NCBI GenBank assembly: GCA_029238315.1
Contig: JAQWGI010000017.1
Location: forward strand, 105,698 to 169,697
Origin: Polaribacter sp.
Lineage (GTDB): Bacteria; Bacteroidota; Bacteroidia; Flavobacteriales; Flavobacteriaceae
Direction of reading: 5' to 3'
DNA length: 64,000 nt
Shown: positions 56,788-64,000 of the stretch, piece after piece
Layout of the letters: each line of letters starts with the position of its first letter
Position numbering within the stretch: position 1 is the stretch's first letter
Made by a program: the position numbers and the translations under genes
The notes under the pieces: model-generated
What the model saw: the letters and a program-made list of their open reading frames with translations, nothing else
What the model was told of the DNA's origin: nothing
Databases searched by the model: none

Positions 56788-57689
56788 TGCAGACTAAAGT
56801 TTTAATCACTGGAAGCAACGGTTTATTGGGCCAGAGTTTAATTGAATTACTTTTAAAAGATAAAGAAAATTATAAGGTTTTTGGGTTTTCAAAAGGAGAA
56901 AACAGAAGTGGAAGAACCGATTTTGAATACCTAAATATTGATATCGCAAACAAAGATGTATTGTTTGATGAAATATTAAAAATTCAGCCAGAATTTATAA
57001 TTCACACTGCTGCAATGACCAATGTTGATGCTTGCGAAAATGATAAAAAAGGTTGTTATGATTTAAATGTAAATGCAGTTCAGCACTTATCAGTTATTTG
57101 CTTGCAAATAAAAGCGCATTTAATTCACATTTCTACTGATTTTATTTTTGATGGAAAAAAAGGAGATTATTCAGAAACAGATGCTCCAAATCCATTAAGC
57201 TATTATGGAAAAACAAAATTACTTTCAGAAAAAATTTTAGAAAAAACATCCATCAATTTTACTATTTTAAGAACAATTTTAGTTTATGGTTTGGTGAAAA
57301 AAATGCGTAGAAGCAATATTGTACTTTGGGTAAAAGAATCTTTAGAAAAAAATAAAGAAATTACCATTGTTGATGATCAATTTAGAGCGCCAACTTATGT
57401 AGAAGATTTGGCAATGGCTTGTAAAATTGCGATTGATAAAAAAGCAACTGGAATCTTTAATGTTTCAAGTAATCAACTGTTAAGTATTTTTGAAATTGCC
57501 CTCGAAATTGCAGCTGCTTTTGAATTAAATACATCATTGATAAGGCCGATTTCTACAGCAACATTAAATCAAGTCGCAGAGAGACCAAAAACAACCGGAT
57601 TTGATTTAACTAAAACAAACCAGGTTTTAGGTTTTTATCCAAAAACATTTAAAGAAGATTTGCAGCGTTTTAAGTTAAAACTAAAGTAA
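56787..57689 (+). CDS. RmlD-like extended SDR (NAD(P)-dependent sugar-nucleotide reductase family)
   Basis: GSNGLLG, HTAAMTNVD, HISTDFIFDG, YGKTK, DDQFRAPT. Confidence 0.88.
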   Translation: MQTKVLITGSNGLLGQSLIELLLKDKENYKVFGFSKGENRSGRTDFEYLNIDIANKDVLFDEILKIQPEFIIHTAAMTNVDACENDKKGCYDLNVNAVQHLSVICLQIKAHLIHISTDFIFDGKKGDYSETDAPNPLSYYGKTKLLSEKILEKTSINFTILRTILVYGLVKKMRRSNIVLWVKESLEKNKEITIVDDQFRAPTYVEDLAMACKIAIDKKATGIFNVSSNQLLSIFEIALEIAAAFELNTSLIRPISTATLNQVAERPKTTGFDLTKTNQVLGFYPKTFKEDLQRFKLKLK

Positions 57690-57779
57690 TCTTTAATTTT
57701 AAGGCATAAAAGTTGTTAAAAGAGCAATTTTTTATGATATTGCGGTCAACTAAATTAAATAAACTAACATATTTATATT

Positions 57780-59399
57780 ATGAAGAAAAAAATTCTCTCG
57801 TTGCTTTTTTTAGCAATTCCAATGTTAACATTTGCGCAAGAAAAAGGATTAGATCAAAAGATTGATGAAGCATTTAAGCCTATTTCAGACTTTTTTAGCA
57901 GTGTGATTTTTTTTCCAATTTATAAAAATGAAAGTATTGAAATTCCTTTTGTACTTCTTTTGTTAGTTGGGTCTGCTGCATTTTTTACATTGTATTTTAA
58001 ATTTCCAAATATTTTTCACTTTAAAACTGCAATCAATGTAGTAAGAGGGAAATATGATGAATTAGATCATCATTCTGCAGGTTCAAATTTAGCGGTTGAT
58101 GGAGACATAAAAGATACTATTAAAGACGAAAGTGAAGAAGGAGAAGTTACACACTTTCAGGCATTGGCAACAGCTGTTTCTGGAACTGTTGGTAATGGAA
58201 ATATTGCAGGAGTTGCCTTAGCAATCGCATTAGGTGGGCCAGGAGCAACATTTTGGATGGTAGTTTGTGGATTTTTAGGGATGTCTACTAAATTTGTAGA
58301 ATGCACTTTAGGTGTTCAATACAGAGATGTTGGAGAAGACGGAACGATTTATGGAGGTCCAATGTATTACATTAGTAAAGGTTTAAAAGAGAGAGGATTT
58401 GAAATGGTTGGTAAAATAGCAGCAGTTATTTTTGCTGTTTTTTGTATCGGAGGTTCTTTTGGTGGTGGTAACGCTGCGCAATCTAACCAGGCTACTGTAG
58501 TTTTAAAAGAGTTATTAGGATTAGAGAGTTCAGCGGCAGGAGCAATTATTGGAGTTCTATTAGCAATTTTAGTAGGAATTATAATTATAGGTGGAATTAA
58601 AAGAATTGCAACGGTAACAGAAAAAGTAGTGCCTTTTATGGCAGGTTTATATGTGTTGGCTTGTTTATATATTTTAGGAGCAAACTTTTCATTAATTGAT
58701 GATGCATTTGCATTAATATTTAGAGAAGCATTTAATCCAACAGCAATTGGTGTTGGTGGTTTTATTGGTGTGTTATTAGTAGGTTTTAAAAGAGCAGCTT
58801 TTTCTAACGAAGCTGGTGCTGGTTCTGCATCTATTGCGCATTCAGCTGTAAAAACTAAATATTCTGCTTCTGAAGGATTAGTTGCGTTGTTAGAGCCGTT
58901 TATTGATACAGTAGTAATTTGTACAATGACTGCTTTAGTTATTATTATTTTTAACTTTGGAGGCGATGCTTCTGGAGCAACAATATTCCAGTACGGAGGA
59001 GATGGAGCTGGAGCTGTTATGATAGATGGAGAATCTTTTGAAGGAGCAGGTATTACCGCAAAAGCATTTGAAGCATACATTCCTTATTCTAATGTATTCT
59101 TAACAATCGCTGTAGTATTATTTGCAGTTTCTACAATGATATCTTGGTCTTATTACGGATTACAATCTTGGAAATATTTATTTGGAAGAGGTAAAAAAGC
59201 AGATATAACATATAAATTATTATTTTTATTATTTGTTGTAATTGGTGCTGCTGCAAGTATGAAATCTATTTGGGATTTCTCTGATGCAATGATTTTTGCA
59301 ATGGTATTCCCTAATATGGTTGGATTGTATTTCTTATTCCCAGTAGTTAAGAAACAATTAAAGAGATATACAGATGCAATTAAAGGTATGAATGCGTAA
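57780..59399 (+). CDS. Alanine/glycine:cation symporter (AGCS)
   Basis: FQALATAVSGTVGNGNIAGVA, GGPGATFWM, GGPMYY, FSNEAG. Confidence 0.94.
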   Translation: MKKKILSLLFLAIPMLTFAQEKGLDQKIDEAFKPISDFFSSVIFFPIYKNESIEIPFVLLLLVGSAAFFTLYFKFPNIFHFKTAINVVRGKYDELDHHSAGSNLAVDGDIKDTIKDESEEGEVTHFQALATAVSGTVGNGNIAGVALAIALGGPGATFWMVVCGFLGMSTKFVECTLGVQYRDVGEDGTIYGGPMYYISKGLKERGFEMVGKIAAVIFAVFCIGGSFGGGNAAQSNQATVVLKELLGLESSAAGAIIGVLLAILVGIIIIGGIKRIATVTEKVVPFMAGLYVLACLYILGANFSLIDDAFALIFREAFNPTAIGVGGFIGVLLVGFKRAAFSNEAGAGSASIAHSAVKTKYSASEGLVALLEPFIDTVVICTMTALVIIIFNFGGDASGATIFQYGGDGAGAVMIDGESFEGAGITAKAFEAYIPYSNVFLTIAVVLFAVSTMISWSYYGLQSWKYLFGRGKKADITYKLLFLLFVVIGAAASMKSIWDFSDAMIFAMVFPNMVGLYFLFPVVKKQLKRYTDAIKGMNA

Positions 59400-59479
59400 T
59401 TCAATAAAACAAATAGTGCATTTGTGTGCCTTTTATATGATTATTATCCAGTAAGGTATAATAAAAATAAGAAAGAATC

Positions 59480-60358
59480 ATGAAAATATTAAAACCCCAT
59501 TTCTGGTATAACAAAAGCCAAAGAAATGGGGTTTTCTTTTTGCTTTTAATTATTGTTGTGTTACAAATTACATATTCGTTTGCTGATTTTTCAAATGATG
59601 AAGAAATGTTTAATACTGATGAGTTTTTAGTGTTAAATGCAAAAATCGATTCACTCAAAAAAGTTGAAATTGAAAAAAGAAAACCAAAAATATATCCTTT
59701 CAATCCAAATTACATCAACGATTATAAAGGATCACAATTAGGAATGTCGCTTAATGAAATTGATAGATTACTTGCTTTTAGAGAAAGTAATAAGTTTATC
59801 AATTCGGTTAGTCAGTTTCAGAAAATCACAAAAGTTTCTGATAGTTTGTTAAACCTTATTTCTCCCTATTTTAAATTTCCAGAGTGGTTTAATAAACAGC
59901 AAAATAAAGTTGTTGAAAAATCACCTTTAAAAAAGAAAGATTTAAACGTAACTATTTCCACAAACAATATCAATTCTGCAACAGCAAAAGATTTTCAAAC
60001 AATCAAGGGAGTTAATGAATATTTGGCGGAAAGAATTATCAAATATAGAAATATGTTAAATGGTTTTTCAATTCTAAATCAACTAAAAGAAGTATGGAAA
60101 TTAGAACCAAATATTGCTGAAAATATTTTAGCAGTTTTTAAAATCGTTGAAAAGCCAGTCATCAAAAAAATAAATGTAAATACTGCTACATTTAAACAGG
60201 TGCTTTCTAATCCATATATTGATTATGAATTGTGTAAAAAAATTTTTGAATTAAGAGATGAAGTTGCAGAAATACAATCGATTGAAGAATTAAAGAAAAT
60301 TACAGGATTTCCATTAGATAAATATGAGAGAATAATTCTATATTTGGAAGCTAAATAA
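59480..60358 (+). CDS. ComEA-like helix-hairpin-helix protein
   Basis: N-terminal TM and repeated N-x-N-x-A-T HhH units (INSATAKDFQTIKGV, VNTATFKQV). Confidence 0.85.
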   Translation: MKILKPHFWYNKSQRNGVFFLLLIIVVLQITYSFADFSNDEEMFNTDEFLVLNAKIDSLKKVEIEKRKPKIYPFNPNYINDYKGSQLGMSLNEIDRLLAFRESNKFINSVSQFQKITKVSDSLLNLISPYFKFPEWFNKQQNKVVEKSPLKKKDLNVTISTNNINSATAKDFQTIKGVNEYLAERIIKYRNMLNGFSILNQLKEVWKLEPNIAENILAVFKIVEKPVIKKINVNTATFKQVLSNPYIDYELCKKIFELRDEVAEIQSIEELKKITGFPLDKYERIILYLEAK

Positions 60359-60387
60359 ACAGGCAACAAAAAAAGCAAATTACAACT

Positions 60388-61554
60388 ATGAATAACATGT
60401 ACTTTACTGAAGAACACGATGCGTTTAGAGAGAGTTTTCGTGATTTTTTACAAAAGGAAGTAGTTCCGCATATTGATAAATGGGAAGAATCTGGAACAAT
60501 AGAACGTTTTATCTGGAAGAAATTCGGTGAAATGGGTTATTTTGGTTTGAATTCTCCTGAAGAATATGGTGGGTTAAATTTAGATATTTTCTATACCATT
60601 ATTTTTCTAGAAGAATTACAGAAAATTAATTCAGGTGGTTTTGCAGCTGCTATGTGGGCACATGTATATCTAGCAATGACTCACGTTACAAAAGAAGGTG
60701 ATGATAGAATCAAAAACGAATATTTAACGCCAAGTATTAATGGTGATAAAATTGGTTGTTTGTGTATATCTGAGCCATTTGGAGGTTCTGATGTTGCAGG
60801 AATGAGAACAACTGCTGTTAAAAAAGGAGATTCGTATGTAATTAATGGTTCTAAAACCTTTATAACAAACGGAGTTTATTCTGATTATTTAGTAGTTGCA
60901 GCAAAAACAAATTTAGAAGATAAACATAAAGGAATGAGTATTTTTATCATGGATAGAGATACACCAGGTATTTCATCAACAAAATTAAATAAGTTGGGCT
61001 GGCGGGCTTCAGATACTGCAGAAATTGCATTTGATAATGTTGTAATTCCTTCAGATAATTTAATGGGAGAAGAAGGAAAAGGTTTTCCTTATATAATGCA
61101 GCACTTTGCTTTAGAGCGTTTAATTATGGCAATTAATGCACATGCTAGAGCAGAATATGCGGTAGAATATGCAATACAATACATGAGTGAACGTCAGGCG
61201 TTTGGCAAAACCCTAGATAAGTTTCAGGCCTTGCGTCATAAAGTAGCAGAAATGGCAAGTGAAGTAGAAATGTGTAAAGAGTTTAACTACTCAATTGCAA
61301 AAAGATTAGACAATGGTACGTATGTTGTTAAAGAAGCGAGTATGGCCAAAATGTTATCAACCAAAATGGCAGATTCTGTAATTAGTGATAGTTTGCAGTT
61401 GTTAGGAGGTTATGGTTATATGGAAGATTACCCAATGGCGCGTTTACTTCGAGATAGTAGATTAGGTCCGATTGGTGGTGGAACTTCTGAAATTTTGAAA
61501 GAAATTATCGCAAAAATGATTATCGACAAAAAAGATTATAAGCCAGTAACTTAG
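60388..61554 (+). CDS. Acyl-CoA dehydrogenase
   Basis: CISEPFGGSD, GSKTFITNG, LGGYGY, GGTSEI. Confidence 0.95.
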   Translation: MNNMYFTEEHDAFRESFRDFLQKEVVPHIDKWEESGTIERFIWKKFGEMGYFGLNSPEEYGGLNLDIFYTIIFLEELQKINSGGFAAAMWAHVYLAMTHVTKEGDDRIKNEYLTPSINGDKIGCLCISEPFGGSDVAGMRTTAVKKGDSYVINGSKTFITNGVYSDYLVVAAKTNLEDKHKGMSIFIMDRDTPGISSTKLNKLGWRASDTAEIAFDNVVIPSDNLMGEEGKGFPYIMQHFALERLIMAINAHARAEYAVEYAIQYMSERQAFGKTLDKFQALRHKVAEMASEVEMCKEFNYSIAKRLDNGTYVVKEASMAKMLSTKMADSVISDSLQLLGGYGYMEDYPMARLLRDSRLGPIGGGTSEILKEIIAKMIIDKKDYKPVT

Positions 61555-61660
61555 TTTTTGAGATCATTTTGCGAAAATGTTTTTTCATTCGCAAAAATGA
61601 TTATCGACAAGAAAGATTATAAGCCAGCTACTTAGTTTTTGAGATCATTTTGCGAAAATG
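61508..61660 (+). repeat. 72-bp direct repeat (61508-61579 and 61589-61660) duplicating the acyl-CoA dehydrogenase 3' end
   Basis: 69/72 identical. The copies encode AKMIIDKKDYKPVT* and AKMIIDKKDYKPAT*. Confidence 0.95.
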
Positions 61661-61710
61661 ATTGTAGAAAAAAGATTTATTAATTTAATAATAAAAAATC
61701 CGAATTAAAA

Positions 61711-61740
61711 TTGTGTATTCATAAATTGTCTGTACATTTG
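61711..61740 (+). promoter_or_regulatory. Consensus Bacteroidota promoter of rpsU
   Basis: TTG at 61711-61713, a 19-nt spacer, TACATTTG at 61733-61740. Confidence 0.8.
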
Positions 61741-61763
61741 CAGACCAATTTAAAGAACGACAT

Positions 61764-61774
61764 GAAAGGAGGTG
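61764..61774 (+). promoter_or_regulatory. Extended Shine-Dalgarno of rpsU
   Basis: GAAAGGAGGTG, 7 nt before the ATG. I noticed no comparable SD before any other gene in the window. Confidence 0.9.
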
Positions 61775-61781
61775 CCAACAT

Positions 61782-61979
61782 ATGTTAATTATACCAGTAA
61801 AAGAAGGAGAGAATATCGATAGAGCTTTGAAACGTTTCAAAAGAAAATTTGATCGTACCAAAACAATGAAAAACTTACGTAACAGAAAGCATTTTACAAA
61901 GCCATCTGTAGCGAAAAGAGCTCAAAACATAAAAGCCTCTTACGTTCAAAGATTAAGAACTCAAGAAGAAGTTGGTTAG
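61782..61979 (+). CDS. rpsU: 30S ribosomal protein bS21
   Basis: V-K-E-G-E-N-I-D-R-A-L-K-R-F-K-R-K and F-T-K-P-S motifs, with Tyr54. Confidence 0.96.
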   Translation: MLIIPVKEGENIDRALKRFKRKFDRTKTMKNLRNRKHFTKPSVAKRAQNIKASYVQRLRTQEEVG

Positions 61980-62000
61980 AGATATCCAATATTAAAATAC

Positions 62001-62031
62001 AAATCCTGTCAATTTTGGCAGGATTTTTTTT
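62001..62031 (+). terminator. Intrinsic terminator after rpsU
   Basis: AAATCCTGTC / GGCAGGATTT stem followed by a T-run. Confidence 0.8.
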
Positions 62032-62092
62032 GTCTTAAACTTTTTACTATAATATATATGTGTAAATTTGAAAAACATCAATAAATAGATAA

Positions 62093-62977
62093 ATGATTGC
62101 TTCTTTTTTAGAGTATCTAGTTTTAGAAAAAAAATACTCCAAACATACTGTTGTTGCTTATAAAAAAGATCTTACTTCTTTTTATGAGTTTTGTAAAGAT
62201 GTATATGATATTGGGAGCCTTACAGAGGTTAATTACGGCCAAGTTAGGTCTTGGATAGTAGTTTTGGTAGAAAAGGGATTGACCAATAATTCAATTAATA
62301 GAAAAATAAGTTCTCTGAAATCTTTTTATAAATTTTTACAAAAAACTTCTCAAATCACTTCAAATCCGTTAGTAAAACACAAATCATTAAAAGTTTCAAA
62401 AAAAGTACAGGTTCCTTTTACCTATAAAGAAATCAGCAACGTCATAGAGAGGTTAGAAACACACAAAGATTTCAAATCGCTAAGAGATCGCTTGATTGTT
62501 GAGTTGTTTTATTCTACGGGAATGAGAAGAGCAGAATTGGTTAATCTTAAGTTAACATCAATTAATTTTCAATCTAAAACTATAAAAGTTTTAGGTAAGA
62601 GAAATAAAGAAAGGTTGATTCCTTTAATTCCTTCAGTGATTTCAACTGTACAAGAATACTTGCCGTTAAAAAAAGAAATCAATTCAGCTACTCCAACTTT
62701 GTTCATTACGATAAAAGGAAAGAAAATATACGAAACACTTGTTTATAGAGTAATAAATAATTACTTTAGTAATGTTTCCTCGAAAGTAAAAAAGAGTCCA
62801 CATATCCTGAGGCATTCTTTTGCAACACATTTACTAAATCAAGGGGCAAATTTAAACTCGGTTAAAGAATTGTTAGGACACGCAAGCTTAGCGTCAACCC
62901 AAGTTTATACACATAATAGTTTAGAGAAGATAAAACAAGTGTACAACCAGGCTCATCCTAGGAGCCATAAAAAGTAA
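62093..62977 (+). CDS. xerC: XerC-type tyrosine recombinase
   Basis: TGMRRAEL (R), GKRNKER (K), HILRHSFATH (HxxR), LLGH, TQVY (Y). TAAATTTG -7 element at 62063-62070. Confidence 0.85.
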   Translation: MIASFLEYLVLEKKYSKHTVVAYKKDLTSFYEFCKDVYDIGSLTEVNYGQVRSWIVVLVEKGLTNNSINRKISSLKSFYKFLQKTSQITSNPLVKHKSLKVSKKVQVPFTYKEISNVIERLETHKDFKSLRDRLIVELFYSTGMRRAELVNLKLTSINFQSKTIKVLGKRNKERLIPLIPSVISTVQEYLPLKKEINSATPTLFITIKGKKIYETLVYRVINNYFSNVSSKVKKSPHILRHSFATHLLNQGANLNSVKELLGHASLASTQVYTHNSLEKIKQVYNQAHPRSHKK

Positions 62978-62983
62978 AGTTAT

Positions 62984-63292
62984 ATGAAAGTATTTATTCA
63001 GTCCGTAAATTTCAATGCAGATTCAGGTTTGTTAAAATTCATTGAAACTAAAGTAGCCAGTTTATCAAAATTTCATGATAAAATTATTGATGCGGAAGTT
63101 TTTTTAAAAGTTCAGAACACGAGTGATAAAGAAAATAAAATTTCAGAAGTAAAAATAAATATTCCGGGTAGTGAATTGATCGTAAAGAAAGAAACAAAAT
63201 CTTTTGAAGAAGGAGTTAGTACGTGTGTAGATTCATTAAAAAGACAGTTAAAAAAATCGAAAGAAAAATTAAGAGATTCAGTATCTATTTAA
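62984..63292 (+). CDS. hpf: Ribosome hibernation factor (short HPF/RaiA)
   Basis: 102 aa with the S30AE pattern (IQSVNF...L..FI..K...L.KFHDKI...EV.L...SFEE.V...V..LKRQL.K.KEK). Confidence 0.9.
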   Translation: MKVFIQSVNFNADSGLLKFIETKVASLSKFHDKIIDAEVFLKVQNTSDKENKISEVKINIPGSELIVKKETKSFEEGVSTCVDSLKRQLKKSKEKLRDSVSI

Positions 63293-63341
63293 AAATTAAA
63301 AAAATAGATAAAAAAAGTTTTAGAAATAAAAAAAACTTTAA

Positions 63342-63380
63342 TACATTTGCAGTCCGTTAGAAATAGCGGATTGTTTTTTT
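63342..63380 (+). promoter_or_regulatory. -7 element of the tRNA-tuf operon overlapped by a hairpin plus U-tract
   Basis: TACATTTG at 63342-63349. Stem GCAGTCCGTTA-GAAA-TAGCGGATTGT at 63349-63374, then T6. Confidence 0.65.
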
Positions 63381-63389
63381 ATGCAATAA

Positions 63390-63463
63390 GCCGATGTAGC
63401 TCAGCTGGCTAGAGCAGCTGATTTGTAATCAGCAGGTCGGGGGTTCGAGTCCCTTCATCGGCT
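63390..63463 (+). tRNA. tRNA-Thr(UGU)
   Basis: Acceptor GCCGATG/CATCGGC, anticodon arm GCTGA-TTTGTAA-TCAGC, TTCGA T-loop. CCA not encoded. Confidence 0.97.
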
Positions 63464-63491
63464 CAAAAAAACAAAAGTTCATTGAAACAAT

Positions 63492-63573
63492 GGTGAGATA
63501 CTCAAGCGGCCAACGAGGGCGGACTGTAAATCCGCTGACTACGTCTTCGCAGGTTCGAATCCTGCTCTCACCA
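63492..63573 (+). tRNA. tRNA-Tyr(GUA)
   Basis: Acceptor GGTGAGA/TCTCACC, anticodon arm GCGGA-CTGTAAA-TCCGC, long variable arm. Confidence 0.97.
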
Positions 63574-63615
63574 CAACAGTTTTTCAATTGAAAAACAAAG
63601 GATTAAAAATAGAAT

Positions 63616-63688
63616 GCGAAAGTAGCTCAGTTGGTAGAGCGTCAGCCTTCCAAGCTGAATGTCGCCGGTTCGAACCCGGTCTTTCGCT
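63616..63688 (+). tRNA. tRNA-Gly(UCC)
   Basis: Acceptor GCGAAAG/CTTTCGC, anticodon arm TCAGC-CTTCCAA-GCTGA. Confidence 0.97.
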
Positions 63689-63698
63689 CTAGTTTTTA

Positions 63699-63771
63699 GC
63701 CGGTGTAGCTCAGTTGGTAGAGCGCATCCTTGGTAGGGATGAGGTCACGGGTTCAACTCCCGTCGCTGGCT
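63699..63771 (+). tRNA. tRNA-Thr(GGU)
   Basis: Acceptor GCCGGTG/CGCTGGC (two G.U pairs), anticodon arm CATCC-TTGGTAG-GGATG. Confidence 0.95.
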
Positions 63772-63833
63772 CAAATGAAATAGAATAAAATTAATACTAA
63801 ATATATTTAACTAAGAATTAAAATTTAATAATC

Positions 63834-64000
63834 ATGGCAAAAGGAACTTTTGATCGTTCAAAACCACACTTAAACATCGGTACTATTGGACACGTTGATC
63901 ACGGTAAAACAACATTAACTGCTGCAATTACTAAAGTATTAGCAGATGCAGGTTTGTCTGAAGCAAAAGATTTCGATCAGATCGATAACGCTCCAGAAGA
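63834..64000 (+). CDS. tuf: Elongation factor Tu, 5' part (runs off the window)
   Basis: [33 protein letters not shown]...DQIDNAPE. Confidence 0.98.
   Translation, partial: MAKGTFDRSKPHLNIGTIGHVDHGKTTLTAAITKVLADAGLSEAKDFDQIDNAPE

Noticed and set aside
58367-59080. 237-aa antisense ORF, plus similar ones at 5203-5712, 26353-26784, 15897-16145 and 7795-8109
   Set aside because: These are shadow frames fully opposite well-supported genes, with composition mirroring the sense codons and no motifs.
59401-59703. 100-aa minus-strand ORF
   Set aside because: It is antisense to the ComEA-like gene and the intergenic DNA, has low complexity and no motif.
61508-61680. CRISPR mini-array
   Set aside because: The 72-bp units copy coding sequence, are separated by only 9 nt, have no unique spacers, and there are no cas genes.
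62093-63771. Tyrosine recombinase beside a tRNA cluster as a prophage or island integrase
   Set aside because: It has XerC size and motifs with no arm-binding domain, is flanked by housekeeping genes (rpsU, hpf, tuf), and there is no duplicated tRNA 3' end and no cargo.

Overview
A very AT-rich, gene-dense core-chromosome window from a Bacteroidota bacterium, most likely Flavobacteriaceae (Polaribacter/Tenacibaculum-like). The assignment rests on TAnnTTTG -7 promoters, general absence of Shine-Dalgarno sites, a T9SS C-terminal sorting signal and a fused CcoNO. Contents in order: tail of a T9SS cargo gene; membrane-anchored AraC; ABC pair, MscS and an HTH-less sigma-54 activator; peroxiredoxin, thioredoxin and a small protein; DnaQ-like exonuclease; GH3/serine-hydrolase fusion; Crp/Fnr regulator divergent from a complete cbb3 oxidase cluster (ccoI, hemN, ccoS, ccoNO, ccoQ, ccoP, ccoG, ccoH, DsbD_2/TauE-like); rsmE region; a YfhO(GT-C), GT4, GT4, wecB, wzx glycan locus; parA, parB, dapB, lepB, wbqC; pepD; fused E1 2-oxoacid dehydrogenase; uvrA; K+ channel operon; acyl-CoA dehydrogenase; rpsU, xerC, hpf, four tRNAs and the start of tuf. 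I saw no prophage, IS, CRISPR array or rRNA. Most notable observations: (1) a YfhO GT-C transferase paired with GT4s and a Wzx flippase, a candidate periplasmic oligosaccharyl-transfer system; (2) a catalytically dead M1-peptidase homologue fused to a probable beta-barrel; (3) two FNR-like boxes identically spaced from their -7 elements; (4) a palindrome-bounded 72-bp duplication of the acyl-CoA dehydrogenase 3' end; (5) a 54-aa very basic ORF missing from the ORF track; (6) the strong SD in front of rpsU. No searches were run, so all family and DUF names come from motif recognition and recall.
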